Source: an uncultured Alphaproteobacteria bacterium
Lineage (GTDB): Bacteria; Pseudomonadota; Alphaproteobacteria; Micropepsales; Micropepsaceae
Reading direction: 5' to 3'
Length of the DNA stretch: 64,000 nucleotides
NCBI GenBank assembly: GCA_963837555.1
Contig: CAWINU010000009.1
Coordinates: 12,277 to 76,276, forward strand
Under the pieces are notes generated by a model. The model was given only the letters and a program-made list of their open reading frames with translations, was not told the origin of the DNA and searched no databases. The translations under genes were made by a program, and so were the position numbers. Shown here piece by piece: positions 30,751-41,268 of the stretch; position 1 is the first letter of the stretch, and each line of letters opens with the position of its first letter.

Positions 30751-31884
30751 CTATTGCCAGGACAGGATCAGCCGCGCGCCCGCAACCACGGCGTTTTTAA
30801 GCGCGGGATCGCCGCCGGGCGAAACCACATACTGAAAATCAGGCTGCAGCGTTACCCACTCGTTCCAGACCATCGCATAGGTCGCTTCGATGGTAGTTTC
30901 CGCGCTGGTCAGGCCTCCGGCGAGCCGCGCGGGCGCGCCGAACATGGCATGGGCCACCGCAATCCCGGCCTGATCGTCGGGGCGGCCGAACGGACCGAAA
31001 TAGACCAGCCCGCCGCCGACATAGGACCGGACCGGATTGATCCGCGCATTGGCCAGCCCTGCCCGCAGCCAGCCGTCCAGATGCGGACCGGCATCCGGCT
31101 GGCCCCACAGGGTTGCCTCCACGATGCTGTAAACGCCGGTGTTGGCATGTGCCATGCCGGGTGTGCCGGTCTGCGCAAATTCCGCCGTATAGTGCCAGCC
31201 ACCGAGCCCCACCGTAAGCTGCGGCGAAAAATGATAGCGCGTTTCGAAGGTCAGCAGGGCGCCCTCGTCTCCCGACAGCGTGATATCGGTGCGCCCCGGA
31301 TGCGCCGGATTGCCCGGCGTTCCCTCGAACAGGCCCGCCTTTGCATCCCAATTGTCCGAGGGATTCCAGGTGCCGACCAATCCAAGTCCGGTGGACGGAA
31401 AAATCGAGGGCCCGTTCTGCCCGCTTTGGCTGAAATCAACACCGACGCCATGCGAGCTGTTGAGGAAGAGCACGCCCGGGCCCTGGACATCGAATTCGGA
31501 ATTCAGATCGATGATACCAAATTTCAGGCTTGCAGCGTCCGACAGCTGGCGGCTGATCCAGGCCTCCAGCACGCGCACGCCCTGGGGCGCATCGATATTG
31601 GAAACGACCTGGGAATCGCCGACCAGCGCGCCGCTGAAATCGTTGTTGTAGGTCCATTGAAGGTCAACGGACGCATCCCAGCCGTCCCATCCGGCCTGGT
31701 CGCCGGCAAACGCGGCATTGAGGTCGAGCTTGTCGAGCGCGCGCGTGCCGGTTCTCAGGCCGCCCTGCAGATTGCCCAGAAGATCCAGGGTATTGGAGGC
31801 GCCAAACGACAGGGCGCTTTCGTCGGCCAGTGCGGGCCAGGCACACAACATCAGCAGGCTGGCGGAAAGAATTGTTTTTTTCAC
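30751..31884 (-). CDS. carbohydrate-selective porin (OprB family)
   Basis: Signal peptide, GDSQVVSNIDA, IDLNSEFD, ETTIEATY, LQPDFQYVVSPG. Confidence 0.9.
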   Translation of the reverse strand: MKKTILSASLLMLCAWPALADESALSFGASNTLDLLGNLQGGLRTGTRALDKLDLNAAFAGDQAGWDGWDASVDLQWTYNNDFSGALVGDSQVVSNIDAPQGVRVLEAWISRQLSDAASLKFGIIDLNSEFDVQGPGVLFLNSSHGVGVDFSQSGQNGPSIFPSTGLGLVGTWNPSDNWDAKAGLFEGTPGNPAHPGRTDITLSGDEGALLTFETRYHFSPQLTVGLGGWHYTAEFAQTGTPGMAHANTGVYSIVEATLWGQPDAGPHLDGWLRAGLANARINPVRSYVGGGLVYFGPFGRPDDQAGIAVAHAMFGAPARLAGGLTSAETTIEATYAMVWNEWVTLQPDFQYVVSPGGDPALKNAVVAGARLILSWQ

Positions 31885-32038
31885 GAGAATATCCGGCGAG
31901 AGAAATGACAGGCCTGATATTCCGCATACGGAATAGTGCCGAACGTCCGTGAAAAATCTAGCGGAAGATCATTCAACCGCAAGGCCACAACACATGGAAT
32001 TTATCGGGCAATAGCGAGTCATTCTTATTTGCAACAAT

Positions 32039-32875
32039 CTAGCTGCTTTCGCTTCCTGCCAGCCAGCTCACATGCCAGCCGGCAACGGCGCCGTTGGCGC
32101 CCAAATGCGGTGCAATCAGCGTCAGGCTTTTTTCCATCTCCGCCGCAAAGCCATAAGGCGGATTGAGTACGACCAGTCCGGCCCTGGTCAGCTTTCCCTC
32201 CGGGCCGACCCCGCGGTCGATATCGATGCGAAGCGCTTTGGCCGCGCCGCTGTTGAGCAGCTGACCGCAAAATATATCGGCTTGTGCTTTCGATTTTATG
32301 GGAAACCAGATCAGGTAAATGCCGGTGGCAAAACGCCGGAAGGCGGCCGCCAGCGCGGCGGCGGCCTGCTCGAACTCATCGGGTTGCTCATAAGGCGGAT
32401 CGATCACGATCAAACCGCGCCGCTCCGCGGGTGGCAGCAGCTTGGTAAGCCGCACATAGCCATCTGCCAGTTCGGTGCTTGCCTTGCGCCACGGCGCCAG
32501 CGTCTCGGCCACAATGGCATGTTCTGCGGGATGCTTTTCCACCGCCACCAGCCGGTCGCCCGGGCGCATCAGCTTTGCCGCCAGCAGCGGCGAACCGGGA
32601 TAGGCGTCTGGGCCCAGATTGCGTACCTGTTCCAGATAGGCCTCCAACGCCGGGGTATTGGCCGCGATATCGCGGAGGCGGCTAATTCCGTCTGCGGCCT
32701 CGCCGGTACGGCGCGCATCCTCGCCGGACAGATCGTATATTCCGCGTCCGGCATGCGTATCGATCACCGCAAACGGCGTGTCCTTCTTTTTCAGATGGAG
32801 CAGAATGGCGGTCAGCGCCAGATGCTTTATCACATCGGCGAAATTACCCGCGTGAAAAGCATGACGATAATTCAT
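32039..32875 (-). CDS. rlmJ: 23S rRNA (adenine2030-N6) methyltransferase
   Basis: MNYRHAFHAGNFADVIKH, IDTHAGRG, YPGSP, IDPPYE. Confidence 0.96.
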   Translation of the reverse strand: MNYRHAFHAGNFADVIKHLALTAILLHLKKKDTPFAVIDTHAGRGIYDLSGEDARRTGEAADGISRLRDIAANTPALEAYLEQVRNLGPDAYPGSPLLAAKLMRPGDRLVAVEKHPAEHAIVAETLAPWRKASTELADGYVRLTKLLPPAERRGLIVIDPPYEQPDEFEQAAAALAAAFRRFATGIYLIWFPIKSKAQADIFCGQLLNSGAAKALRIDIDRGVGPEGKLTRAGLVVLNPPYGFAAEMEKSLTLIAPHLGANGAVAGWHVSWLAGSESS

Positions 32876-32929
32876 GGCGCATCGGGTTACGCCAAAGCGC
32901 GCAGCGCGTCCAGCGTGTCCGCTTCGGCC

Positions 32930-34024
32930 TTAAGGCAGGGGATAGGGTAACGTCCTGTAGGCAATACGGTCCGACTGATAGGAACCCAGCCACAGCGTAT
33001 TGCCAATGATCACCGCCGATGCCACGCCGTTGTAGGCGGCGTTGGGTTCGCCATAGGACAGAATTCTGAACGCCATGGTCTTGGGGTCAAGCTGGGCAGC
33101 GACATAGCCGCGATGGCACTGCATGCCGTCCGCAACGCCGTTAATGACTTTGCGCAAGCCGCCGCAGGCGGGCTCGTCATACATCATACCCGCCGCAATC
33201 AAACGCTCGCCGTCCCAATGGACATTGTCCGGCATGAAGCCTGGGGCCACGGCCTGGCGCGCCGGCTTTGACGGGTCCGCACGCGAGAATATCACCACCG
33301 CGTGCAAGCCAAAGGCGACGACATAAAATTCGCTGTCGTCACGCGAGACTTCCAAGCCGTTATTGCCGGGCAATTCGGTGCCCGCAAGAAGGCTGAAAGC
33401 GACATCGCCGGGCCGCCATTGATAGATGCCGCCGGTTTTCTTGCCATTGACGAAATCGGCAATGGACGTACCCGGATGGGTCAACACGCTGGCCAAAATC
33501 GTCCCGTCGGAATACGCCGCGACGCTGTTGGCGGAAAGCCCCTCGGGCATGACAACGCAGCCGTTCCACACCAGCGCAGGCACCGCGCCGCGCGCATCAA
33601 CGGTAAAGACTTCAATGCTTTGCCGCCCGCCGTGATTGACCACATACAGCGTGTAGCGCCCGTCGCTCTTGGGCTTCAGGTTGATGCCATGGGCGTTGAA
33701 TTGCCCGACATCGGGTGCCGACGGGCAGGCGCCGAACAGGCCCCTGTCCTGCGCGATCTGCGATGCGCTGCCGTCATACCAAAGCCGCAGACTCTTATTG
33801 TCGGTATCGACCAGCTTCAATCCGGCGCCGTCGCTGAAGCCGCTGGCGATCAACCATTTGGTGCCGGGGATATGGGCCAGATCTTCCGGCTTTTGCGCGC
33901 CGCAGACGAATTTCAGATCGCCGGTCGGCGAACAGTCCTGCACATCCGCAGGCGCTTGCGCCGCCGACGGCAGGCACATCACGGCCAGCAACAGCGCAAA
34001 TGTCAGCCCGGTTATGGTTCGCAT
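32930..34024 (-). CDS. secreted six-bladed beta-propeller (SMP-30/paraoxonase-like)
   Basis: Signal peptide, PEDL, HGINL, LYVVNHGGRQSIEVF, GNNGLEVS, MPDNVHW; Asn/Asp ligands typical of Ca-dependent lactonases. Confidence 0.75.
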   Translation of the reverse strand: MRTITGLTFALLLAVMCLPSAAQAPADVQDCSPTGDLKFVCGAQKPEDLAHIPGTKWLIASGFSDGAGLKLVDTDNKSLRLWYDGSASQIAQDRGLFGACPSAPDVGQFNAHGINLKPKSDGRYTLYVVNHGGRQSIEVFTVDARGAVPALVWNGCVVMPEGLSANSVAAYSDGTILASVLTHPGTSIADFVNGKKTGGIYQWRPGDVAFSLLAGTELPGNNGLEVSRDDSEFYVVAFGLHAVVIFSRADPSKPARQAVAPGFMPDNVHWDGERLIAAGMMYDEPACGGLRKVINGVADGMQCHRGYVAAQLDPKTMAFRILSYGEPNAAYNGVASAVIIGNTLWLGSYQSDRIAYRTLPYPLP

Positions 34025-34054
34025 GGCAGTCCCCTCCGCCGCGAAAGCCTATAG

Positions 34055-34096
34055 AAAAAAAGAAACGCCGGAAACCTGTAAGGAGGTTTCCGGCGT
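34055..34096 (-). terminator. rho-independent terminator after the TonB-dependent receptor gene
   Basis: 13-bp stem ACGCCGGAAACCT/AGGTTTCCGGCGT followed by a T-rich tract on the minus strand. Confidence 0.8.
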
Positions 34097-34110
34097 CTTA
34101 GGCAGGGGAG

Positions 34111-37011
34111 TTATAGGTTGGCGCGAATGCCGACGTAGAATTGACGGCCGACAGGGTCGAACACGGCAGTGTCGGTGCTGGTCTGGGAACTGGATACCGT
34201 CAGCAGGCCCTTGTTGAGAACATTGCTGATCCCGGCGCGGAACTGCCACATATCGTTCAGCTGATAGGTGCCGAAGATATCGAACAAATTGTAAGCCGGC
34301 ACGCCCTTGCCCGGTGTCGCCGGTGTGGTCACCGACGTCGAGTCCTGCATGGCATTCTGATAGCGCCAGCGCACGCCGAACGAGCCCGAACCGAAATCGT
34401 AAGCCAGTGTGGACAGGGCCTTCCAATCGGGATGCGATGCGCCGATTGTGTTGGTACCCCCGAAATGCTGGTACGGCGTATTGGGCAGAGTTTGAACCGA
34501 GTAGTCGCGCGTATAGCCGATACCGCTGGACAGTGAAATCCGGTCCGTAGAGTCCGCAAGACCGAGATCCTCCAGGCTGGCATTCCATTTGAAATCGATA
34601 TCGACACCATCGGTCTTGAGCCCGCCCAGATTGAGGAAGGGAAGATCGATGACCGTCAGCAGGCCGTTGGAGTCGCGATGCAGCAGGCTGCAGAACTGGT
34701 TTCCCGCGGAATAACTCGGGTTGGAGCCATCCAGATTATAGCATTTGCTGAGCGCGGTGACACCGGGCACCACCGAAATCACATTGGTAATGGCGATGTT
34801 GTAGTAGTCGACGGAGAGCGACAGATTTCGCAGCAATGGCTCGGTGGTATCCGGCGTATAGACAAAACCGAAGCTGTACGTATCGGCCTTTTCCGGCGTC
34901 AGCGCCGTGTTGCCTTTCGTCTGGCCGCCGGTTGCCGTGGTCGGGAATGTGTAGGTATCGATCACAGCGTTCGGAACGCCGGTCGCCAGGCACAAGGTGC
35001 GCACGCTCGCTCCATTGGCGCCCGTGCGTCCGATCGACCGGATATCGCAGGGATCGCCGGTGGAGGCGGGTGGCGTGCCGAACGCAACCTGCACGCCGCT
35101 GGGCGCGGAGAACAATTCGCCGATGTTCGGCGCTCTGACGGCACGTTGGTAACCGCCGCGAACCAGCAAGCTGTCCACCGGCCACCATTTCACATCGCCT
35201 TCATAGGCCGAGGTGCCGCCCGAGGTGGAATAGTCCGAATAACGATACGCGGCACCGATATTGAGTTTGGAGGCCAGGGGCACATCCTTAAGCACCGGCA
35301 CGTCCGCCTGCACGGCATATTCGTTCACTGAAACGGCACCACTGGACGCCGATGATGCGATCACCGCTTCGATGTTCTGAGCGGCAAGCGCCAGATCCGG
35401 CGTGTAGGCATAGGTATTGCGCCGGTAATCCGTCGCCAGCGCGACCGTGACATCGCCTGCCGGCAGCGAAAACAGCGAGCCCTGCGCCACGGCCTGAAGA
35501 TTGACCTGGCTCAGATGCTCGACGCTATGGGCCGTGGTGGTGATGAAATCCTGGCAGGCCTGCGACAGCGAACTCACATTCGTGGCGCCAAAGGGATTAA
35601 AGCCGCCGGCGCATTGCGATGCCCCGCCATCGGCGGCACTTAGCAATTTCTGCACCTGCGTTTTCAGAACGGCGTGATAATTCTCCTGCAGATGATCGGT
35701 CGTGTCGTAAGATGCATAGGCATCCCATGTCCAGTCGCCGAACGGCAGCGCGCCACGCAGCCCGCCGAGATATTGCGCGGTGGTGTATTGCTCGTCCCAG
35801 GCCTTAAACGGCACACCCAAATAGCGCCCGTTCCAGGTAAAGTTCGCTGTCGGATTAGGCCGTGTGGCCAGAAGCGTTTGCAGATCGGCAGGAACAAAGG
35901 GATTTGTCACAGGAATGGTCGTCAGGGTGCCGAACTGGGTCAGGCTGCCGCCACTGCTGGTATAGACCGAGGAGTCCACATAGAGGACTTGTCCGTAAGC
36001 CGTGATATCGGGTGTCAGCGCATAATCGAACTTTGCGAACAGCGATTTGCGGTTCAGCGGGTTCTGGATAATGACTTGGCGCCCGACCGGCATTCTGACA
36101 TTGCCGGCGATTATGGCGTAAAGGCCGTCGGTCTGGCCTTTGTAGTTGATTGCACCGGTCTGGCTGAACAACGTCCCGTCATTGTTAAAGCCAAGATTGT
36201 TCGTCCGGGGCGGCGCCGCCGTACCGTAACTGGCGAACAGCGTGTTGACCGCGGCCTGGGTCGGAAGATTGGTGGCATCGGGCACGAAGGTACTCGTGCC
36301 CAGGAAGGACGACGGCGTTACAAAATTGAAGAAACTGCGGTCCTTGCCGTACAGGGCGTCGCGATCCGTGTAGGAAATTGACAGAAGCGCATAGCCCTTA
36401 TTGTCGGCGAATGACGTGCCCAGCGCCACCGAGGACGAAATAGTCTGGTAATCGCCCTTGAAGGAATTGCCATATTGAAAATCGCCGCGCACGCCTTCGA
36501 ATTTCGTCAGCGTTTTCAAATTGACCACGCCCGACATGGCATCGGATCCGTAAATTGCCGATGCGCCGCCGGTTATGGATTCCACGCTTGAGAGTATCGA
36601 GTCCGGAACAAGGTTGAGGTCGACGTTTCCGGAAATATCCGCCAGCGGCAACCGACGCCCGTCCAGCAAAACAAGATTTCGATTGGTACCCAGTCCCCGC
36701 AGGTTAAGGGTCACATGGCCGCCGGTGCCCTGCCCGCCGGTACCTGCCGTACCTGCTGCCTGAAAGGACGGCAGCTGATTCAGGGAATTCTCGATTGAAA
36801 TCGAACCGCTCTGTTTCAAAGTCTCGATGGAGTTGGCCACAATCGGACTTGAAGAAACATAATTTGCAGCCGAGATCAGCGATCCGGTTACGACGATCAA
36901 TTCGTTTTGTGCCTGAGCGCCCGATGTCGAAAGCGCCATCAATGCAGCTATCGCACTGCCTTGCAGCAGCCGTGCCGTAAATCCGTGAAACTGTTGCGCG
37001 GAATATTTCAT
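34111..37011 (-). CDS. TonB-dependent receptor
   Basis: Signal peptide, IVVTGS TonB box, LNLRGLGTNRNLVLLDGRR, GASAIYGSDAMSGVVN, C-terminal GRQFYVGIRANL. Confidence 0.96.
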   Translation of the reverse strand: MKYSAQQFHGFTARLLQGSAIAALMALSTSGAQAQNELIVVTGSLISAANYVSSSPIVANSIETLKQSGSISIENSLNQLPSFQAAGTAGTGGQGTGGHVTLNLRGLGTNRNLVLLDGRRLPLADISGNVDLNLVPDSILSSVESITGGASAIYGSDAMSGVVNLKTLTKFEGVRGDFQYGNSFKGDYQTISSSVALGTSFADNKGYALLSISYTDRDALYGKDRSFFNFVTPSSFLGTSTFVPDATNLPTQAAVNTLFASYGTAAPPRTNNLGFNNDGTLFSQTGAINYKGQTDGLYAIIAGNVRMPVGRQVIIQNPLNRKSLFAKFDYALTPDITAYGQVLYVDSSVYTSSGGSLTQFGTLTTIPVTNPFVPADLQTLLATRPNPTANFTWNGRYLGVPFKAWDEQYTTAQYLGGLRGALPFGDWTWDAYASYDTTDHLQENYHAVLKTQVQKLLSAADGGASQCAGGFNPFGATNVSSLSQACQDFITTTAHSVEHLSQVNLQAVAQGSLFSLPAGDVTVALATDYRRNTYAYTPDLALAAQNIEAVIASSASSGAVSVNEYAVQADVPVLKDVPLASKLNIGAAYRYSDYSTSGGTSAYEGDVKWWPVDSLLVRGGYQRAVRAPNIGELFSAPSGVQVAFGTPPASTGDPCDIRSIGRTGANGASVRTLCLATGVPNAVIDTYTFPTTATGGQTKGNTALTPEKADTYSFGFVYTPDTTEPLLRNLSLSVDYYNIAITNVISVVPGVTALSKCYNLDGSNPSYSAGNQFCSLLHRDSNGLLTVIDLPFLNLGGLKTDGVDIDFKWNASLEDLGLADSTDRISLSSGIGYTRDYSVQTLPNTPYQHFGGTNTIGASHPDWKALSTLAYDFGSGSFGVRWRYQNAMQDSTSVTTPATPGKGVPAYNLFDIFGTYQLNDMWQFRAGISNVLNKGLLTVSSSQTSTDTAVFDPVGRQFYVGIRANL

Positions 37012-37378
37012 GAACTCCCCCTAGATTTTGTTGCGCCGGCAACAGGTTGTCCGCCATCGGACAGGCCCAGCCGCTTCCGGTTCGTCGCCATATGCAGGGT
37101 CGTTTGGTCGCTGCTGGTGCAATGCTGAAATTGCTCCCAATGTCAGCGCCCACCAGCCTTCTTTCCCCGCATTTCCTCTGTGTAATAAATGGTCTGTCGT
37201 GCATACAATCAGTGGACTAACTGTTTCATACGCACCCCAGGGGGTGTCAACCTGCAACACATTCTTTACAGCGTATTTTTATCTGGTCAGATGACCGCGC
37301 CTGCGCGGAATTCTGCGGATTCCACGCAGGCGTGTGACCCGGCCGACACGGCGCGCCGATGAATTCTTCGCAACGATC

Positions 37379-37427
37379 AAAAATGACCTTGGGCGCCGCA
37401 ATGAATTGCGGCGCCCAAGGTCATTTT
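37379..37427 (-). terminator. perfect 23-bp inverted repeat, likely terminator of the cytochrome operon
   Basis: AAAATGACCTTGGGCGCCGCAAT-GA-ATTGCGGCGCCCAAGGTCATTTT, 28 nt past the cytochrome c stop. Confidence 0.75.
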
Positions 37428-37455
37428 GCAAAACTAAATTTGCGCCGACAAAAAA

Positions 37456-38379
37456 TCAGGAACCGTCGCTCGGTTCCTTGCCGGGCTTAGGTGGCAGCGA
37501 CAGCAGATAGGTTGCAATTGCGGCCCTGTCCTCGCTGCTCAGGCGGGCGGTATTCTGCACCACCTCTGCCATGCTGCCGCCGGCGGAATCGAACTCCGGC
37601 GTCAGGCCCGAGGTCAGGAATTCTTCCAGATCGGCCTGAGTCCAGGATTTGATGCCGTCTTCATGCGGCGTGATATTGGGAATCCAGCCCTTGCCTTCCG
37701 GATCCGGGCCACCGGTAAACCGCTCGTCCTCGATGATCGCGCCCAGGGCATTGCGGGGGCTGTGGCACTCGGCGCAATGACCCGGCCCGTTCACAAGATA
37801 CGCTCCGCGATTCCATTCCGCGGATTTGGCGGGATCCGGCTCGAATGGCTTGTAGCTGACGAACAGGAATTTCCAGCCCCCAAGCAGACGGCGAATATTG
37901 AACGGAAATTTCACATCCGCTGGTTTGGATTCCACATCGGCTGCGGGCAGCGTCATCATATAAGCGTGCAGGTCGCGCACGTCCGCGACGCTCATTTTAT
38001 CGTAAGACGTATAGGGCAGGGCCGGATAGAGATGTTCGCCATTGCGCCCGACGCCGCGCATGACGGCATCGGCAAACTCACGCTCGGTCCAATCGCCGAT
38101 GCCGTGCGATTTGTCTGGTGAAATATTCGGCGCATAAAACGTACCGAATTCGGTGGCAAGTGCCAGACCGCCGCCGAGATTCAGGCGGTCGTCCTGCTTC
38201 ACCATCTGATGACAGGCTGCACAGCCGCCGATGTTGAACATCGTCTCGCCATTGGCGAGGTCGGGCTTATAGTCCGCGGCGAACGCGGATTCCGGAAGCG
38301 TCGAGGGGCTGGTAACAAACCAGAAAATGCCAAAACCCAGCAGCCCCGCCGCCACGAGGCCGTAAAGTATTTTTTTCAC
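37456..38379 (-). CDS. membrane-anchored diheme cytochrome c (alcohol/gluconate dehydrogenase cytochrome subunit-like)
   Basis: CAACH and CAECH, PNISPD, HLYPALPY, RGAYLV. Confidence 0.9.
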   Translation of the reverse strand: MKKILYGLVAAGLLGFGIFWFVTSPSTLPESAFAADYKPDLANGETMFNIGGCAACHQMVKQDDRLNLGGGLALATEFGTFYAPNISPDKSHGIGDWTEREFADAVMRGVGRNGEHLYPALPYTSYDKMSVADVRDLHAYMMTLPAADVESKPADVKFPFNIRRLLGGWKFLFVSYKPFEPDPAKSAEWNRGAYLVNGPGHCAECHSPRNALGAIIEDERFTGGPDPEGKGWIPNITPHEDGIKSWTQADLEEFLTSGLTPEFDSAGGSMAEVVQNTARLSSEDRAAIATYLLSLPPKPGKEPSDGS

Positions 38380-38406
38380 GCGCGGTCTCCCCCAATTTGG
38401 ACCGTG

Positions 38407-38838
38407 TTACTTTATACGATAGTCGCCGTGGCACGAGGAGCAATCGGCCGTTACTTTCGAAAAGGCGGTCTGAAAGGACGCCTGATCGGTTGCCGCGGCG
38501 GCGGCCTTTGCATCGCTGTCGAACTTGACGATCTCAGCCTTGAAGCCTGCCGCATCTTCCCAGATCTTGGGCGCAGCCTTTGTCTTATCGTCGGGCTTGG
38601 GCGCCGCCGGAAACAGCTTCGGCATTTTGTCGGCGGCATCCAGATAAACCTGCATTATCGCCTTGACCTTGGCAGCATCAAAGGGTGTCGCGCCGCGGGC
38701 ATAACCAATCGCTTCCTTGGTTACGGGACCGAATGATTTCATCAGTTCCTGGCGATCTTCAATCGCCCCGGCAACGGCAATCGTAACGCCGCACAATGTA
38801 AATGCGGTCACGGCGGCGGCTACGGTCATACGCTTCAT
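38407..38838 (-). CDS. class II cytochrome c (c-556/c')
   Basis: Signal peptide, RQELMK, APKIWED, C-terminal CSSCHGDYR. Confidence 0.92.
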   Translation of the reverse strand: MKRMTVAAAVTAFTLCGVTIAVAGAIEDRQELMKSFGPVTKEAIGYARGATPFDAAKVKAIMQVYLDAADKMPKLFPAAPKPDDKTKAAPKIWEDAAGFKAEIVKFDSDAKAAAAATDQASFQTAFSKVTADCSSCHGDYRIK

Positions 38839-38992
38839 AATTTCGACTTCCCTTGGTTAAATCGGGCCGGATAGCACCCTATTTTGAAAAAACCCGCAAG
38901 AGGCGGGGTATCGCCTGTTTTGCGTGCTTTCCCGGCTAAAATAAGGCCTGCACCTGAACGCCACATGAACGGCGGGGCAGTACCGGGAATAC

Positions 38993-39970
38993 TCAGCAAA
39001 CAGTCAGGAAATGCAGGCTGAAAAGGCCCTCGGGGTCGGTCCAGACCGCCTGTGGCGCAAAGCCCGAGGCGCGGGCCAGTGCCTGAAATTCGTCTGTCGA
39101 ATATTTGAACGAATATTCGACATGGATTCGCTCTCCTTCGGCAAATTCGAATGATTTGTCGGCCATGCGAACAGTTTGCCTTGCAAGGCTTCGCAGATAA
39201 ATCTCCATGCGGCCATGCTCTGGCACGTAGCGCGCATCATGGACAAATCCGCCACTAACGAAATTCGTACCCAGTTCGCGATTTGCCCGCGCCAGAATGT
39301 TTTTGGTGAAGGCCGCGGTCACGCCGCCGGCATCATTATAGGCCGCGTTTAGAATGGCAGGGCTCTTTTTCAGATCGACGCCGATCAGGAGTGCCGCCCC
39401 CGTCCCCAGCCATTCGGCCCATAAAGACAAAAGTTCCTGTGCGTCCTGCGGCGTCAGATTGCCGATGGTCGAACCCGGGAAAAATCCCAGTTTGCGCTTT
39501 GTGCCGGCGAATGCCGGCAGGGCCGGCGGATGGCTGTAATCCGCACACAATGCCGTGATTTGCAGCCAGGGATAACTGCGTTTCAGCGCCATGGCGGCGG
39601 TGCGCAGATGATCGCGCGAAATATCGATGGCGACATAGCCGCGTGGGCGTTCCAATGCATCCAGCAGAATGCGGATTTTGCGGCTGGACCCGCTGCCCAG
39701 CTCTATCACCTGACAGTCCGGACCCGTCAGTGCCGCAATATCTGCTGCGCAGGAACGCAAAATTTCCGTTTCCGTGCGCGTGACATAATATTCCGGCGTT
39801 TCGCATATGCGATCGAACAAGGCCGAACCCGCCGCATCGTAAAGAAAGCGGCACGGTATGGATTTCTGGACATTCGACAGGCCCGCAACCACGGCGGCGC
39901 GAAAGCTCTCCTGTGCCTTCACATCCTCGTGAAACGCAATCGCGTCGAACTGCTTGGCCGCGTCAGACAT
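38993..39970 (-). CDS. egtD: L-histidine N-alpha-trimethyltransferase
   Basis: KSIPCRFLYD, PEYYVTRTE, IELGSGSSRK, FPGSTIGN, AYNDAGGVTAAF, EYSFKY. Confidence 0.94.
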   Translation of the reverse strand: MSDAAKQFDAIAFHEDVKAQESFRAAVVAGLSNVQKSIPCRFLYDAAGSALFDRICETPEYYVTRTETEILRSCAADIAALTGPDCQVIELGSGSSRKIRILLDALERPRGYVAIDISRDHLRTAAMALKRSYPWLQITALCADYSHPPALPAFAGTKRKLGFFPGSTIGNLTPQDAQELLSLWAEWLGTGAALLIGVDLKKSPAILNAAYNDAGGVTAAFTKNILARANRELGTNFVSGGFVHDARYVPEHGRMEIYLRSLARQTVRMADKSFEFAEGERIHVEYSFKYSTDEFQALARASGFAPQAVWTDPEGLFSLHFLTVC

Positions 39971-41255
39971 TGTCGGCCAGCCTGATCCCGGAAAAGACCA
40001 GGCGATAGGACGGAGGAAAGAAGTTGCGATAGGTGGCGCGTACATGGCCGGACGGCGTCACCGCGGAACCGCCGCGCAGCACCATCTGACCCGACATGAA
40101 CTTGCCGTTATATTCACCGACGGCGCCCGCTGGCGGACGGTAGCGCGGATAGGGCGTATAGGGGCTTTGAGTCCACTCCCAGACATTGCCGAACATTTGC
40201 TGCATTCCCGCGCCGGATTGTGCCGCCTCTGGATGAAACAGTTTGCTGTCGGCAAAGTTCCCGTCCATTGCGTCGCGGTCCGTGTTCAGGCCCACCGCGA
40301 TTTCCCACTCCGCTTCGCTGGCCAGACGCTTGCCCGCCCAGCGGGCGTAGGCATCGGCTTCGTAATAGCTGACATGACACACGGGCTCGCCTGCATTGAG
40401 CGGACGCGGTCCCGTCAATGTGAAGATTGTCCATTCCCCATCGCCGTTCCGGCTCCAATAGTGTGGCGCCGTCCATCCCGCGCTTAAAATCTGCGTCCAT
40501 CCGTCGGACAGCCAGAACTCCGGACGCTGGTAACCGCCGTCATGCATGAAGGTCAGATATTCGCCCTGGGTCACCGTACGATTTGCCAGCGCAAAGGGTT
40601 CGAGCCAGACCTTGTGACGCGGCCCCTCATTGTCGAACGCGAATGTTTCGCCGTCATGACCGGTCTCATACAGGCCACCCGGAAAAGCGCTCCAGGTCAA
40701 TGGCGGTACGGTGCCAGATTGCCGTGATGCCGCTTCGGCATAGGCGGGCTGCAGCGGATTGACCGAAAAAACATGTTTGATGTCCATCAGGATCAATTCC
40801 TGATGTTGCTGCTCGTGGTGCAGGCCCAGTTCCAGCAGATCGAGAATTTTCGGCCAATCCTGCGGTCGCGCGCGGGCTATCAGATTTTCCATCGCGGCAT
40901 CGACATGGGCGCGATAGGCCATAATGGCTGCAACGCCCGGACGCGAAATCAGCCCGCGCTGCGGACGGGGATACCGCGCGCCAACGGCTTCGTAATAGGA
41001 ATTGAACAGATAGCCGAAATGCGGATCGAACGTCTTAAAGTCCGCGGCAAAGGGTTCCAGCACAAAAGTCTCGAAAAACCAGCTGGTGTGCGCCAGATGC
41101 CATTTTGTCGGGCTGACATCCGCAACAGTCTGGATGGTCTGGTCTTCCGGTGTCAGGTCTTGTGTCAGGACGGCGGTTGCGGCGCGGACGGACTGGAACC
41201 TGCGCAACCAGCTTTCACGCTCCGATGGAGTGTCCTTGGCAAGGGGATGGCTCAT
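39963..41255 (-). CDS. egtB: ergothioneine biosynthesis sulfoxide synthase
   Basis: SPTKWHLAHTSWFFE, LHHEQQHQEL, FDNEGPRH, FGNVWEWT, GEYNGKFM, YRNFF. Confidence 0.95.
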   Translation of the reverse strand: MSHPLAKDTPSERESWLRRFQSVRAATAVLTQDLTPEDQTIQTVADVSPTKWHLAHTSWFFETFVLEPFAADFKTFDPHFGYLFNSYYEAVGARYPRPQRGLISRPGVAAIMAYRAHVDAAMENLIARARPQDWPKILDLLELGLHHEQQHQELILMDIKHVFSVNPLQPAYAEAASRQSGTVPPLTWSAFPGGLYETGHDGETFAFDNEGPRHKVWLEPFALANRTVTQGEYLTFMHDGGYQRPEFWLSDGWTQILSAGWTAPHYWSRNGDGEWTIFTLTGPRPLNAGEPVCHVSYYEADAYARWAGKRLASEAEWEIAVGLNTDRDAMDGNFADSKLFHPEAAQSGAGMQQMFGNVWEWTQSPYTPYPRYRPPAGAVGEYNGKFMSGQMVLRGGSAVTPSGHVRATYRNFFPPSYRLVFSGIRLADNV

Positions 41256-41268
41256 GATGCGATCATGC

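Noticed and set aside
37296-37430. CRISPR or REP/MITE repeat suggested by strong palindromes
   Set aside because: Each palindrome occurs once in the window with no repeat-spacer periodicity; the position fits a terminator.
38993-41255. Selenoneine biosynthesis cluster
   Set aside because: No SenB glycosyltransferase or selenophosphate synthetase is adjacent; the egtD pairing fits ergothioneine.
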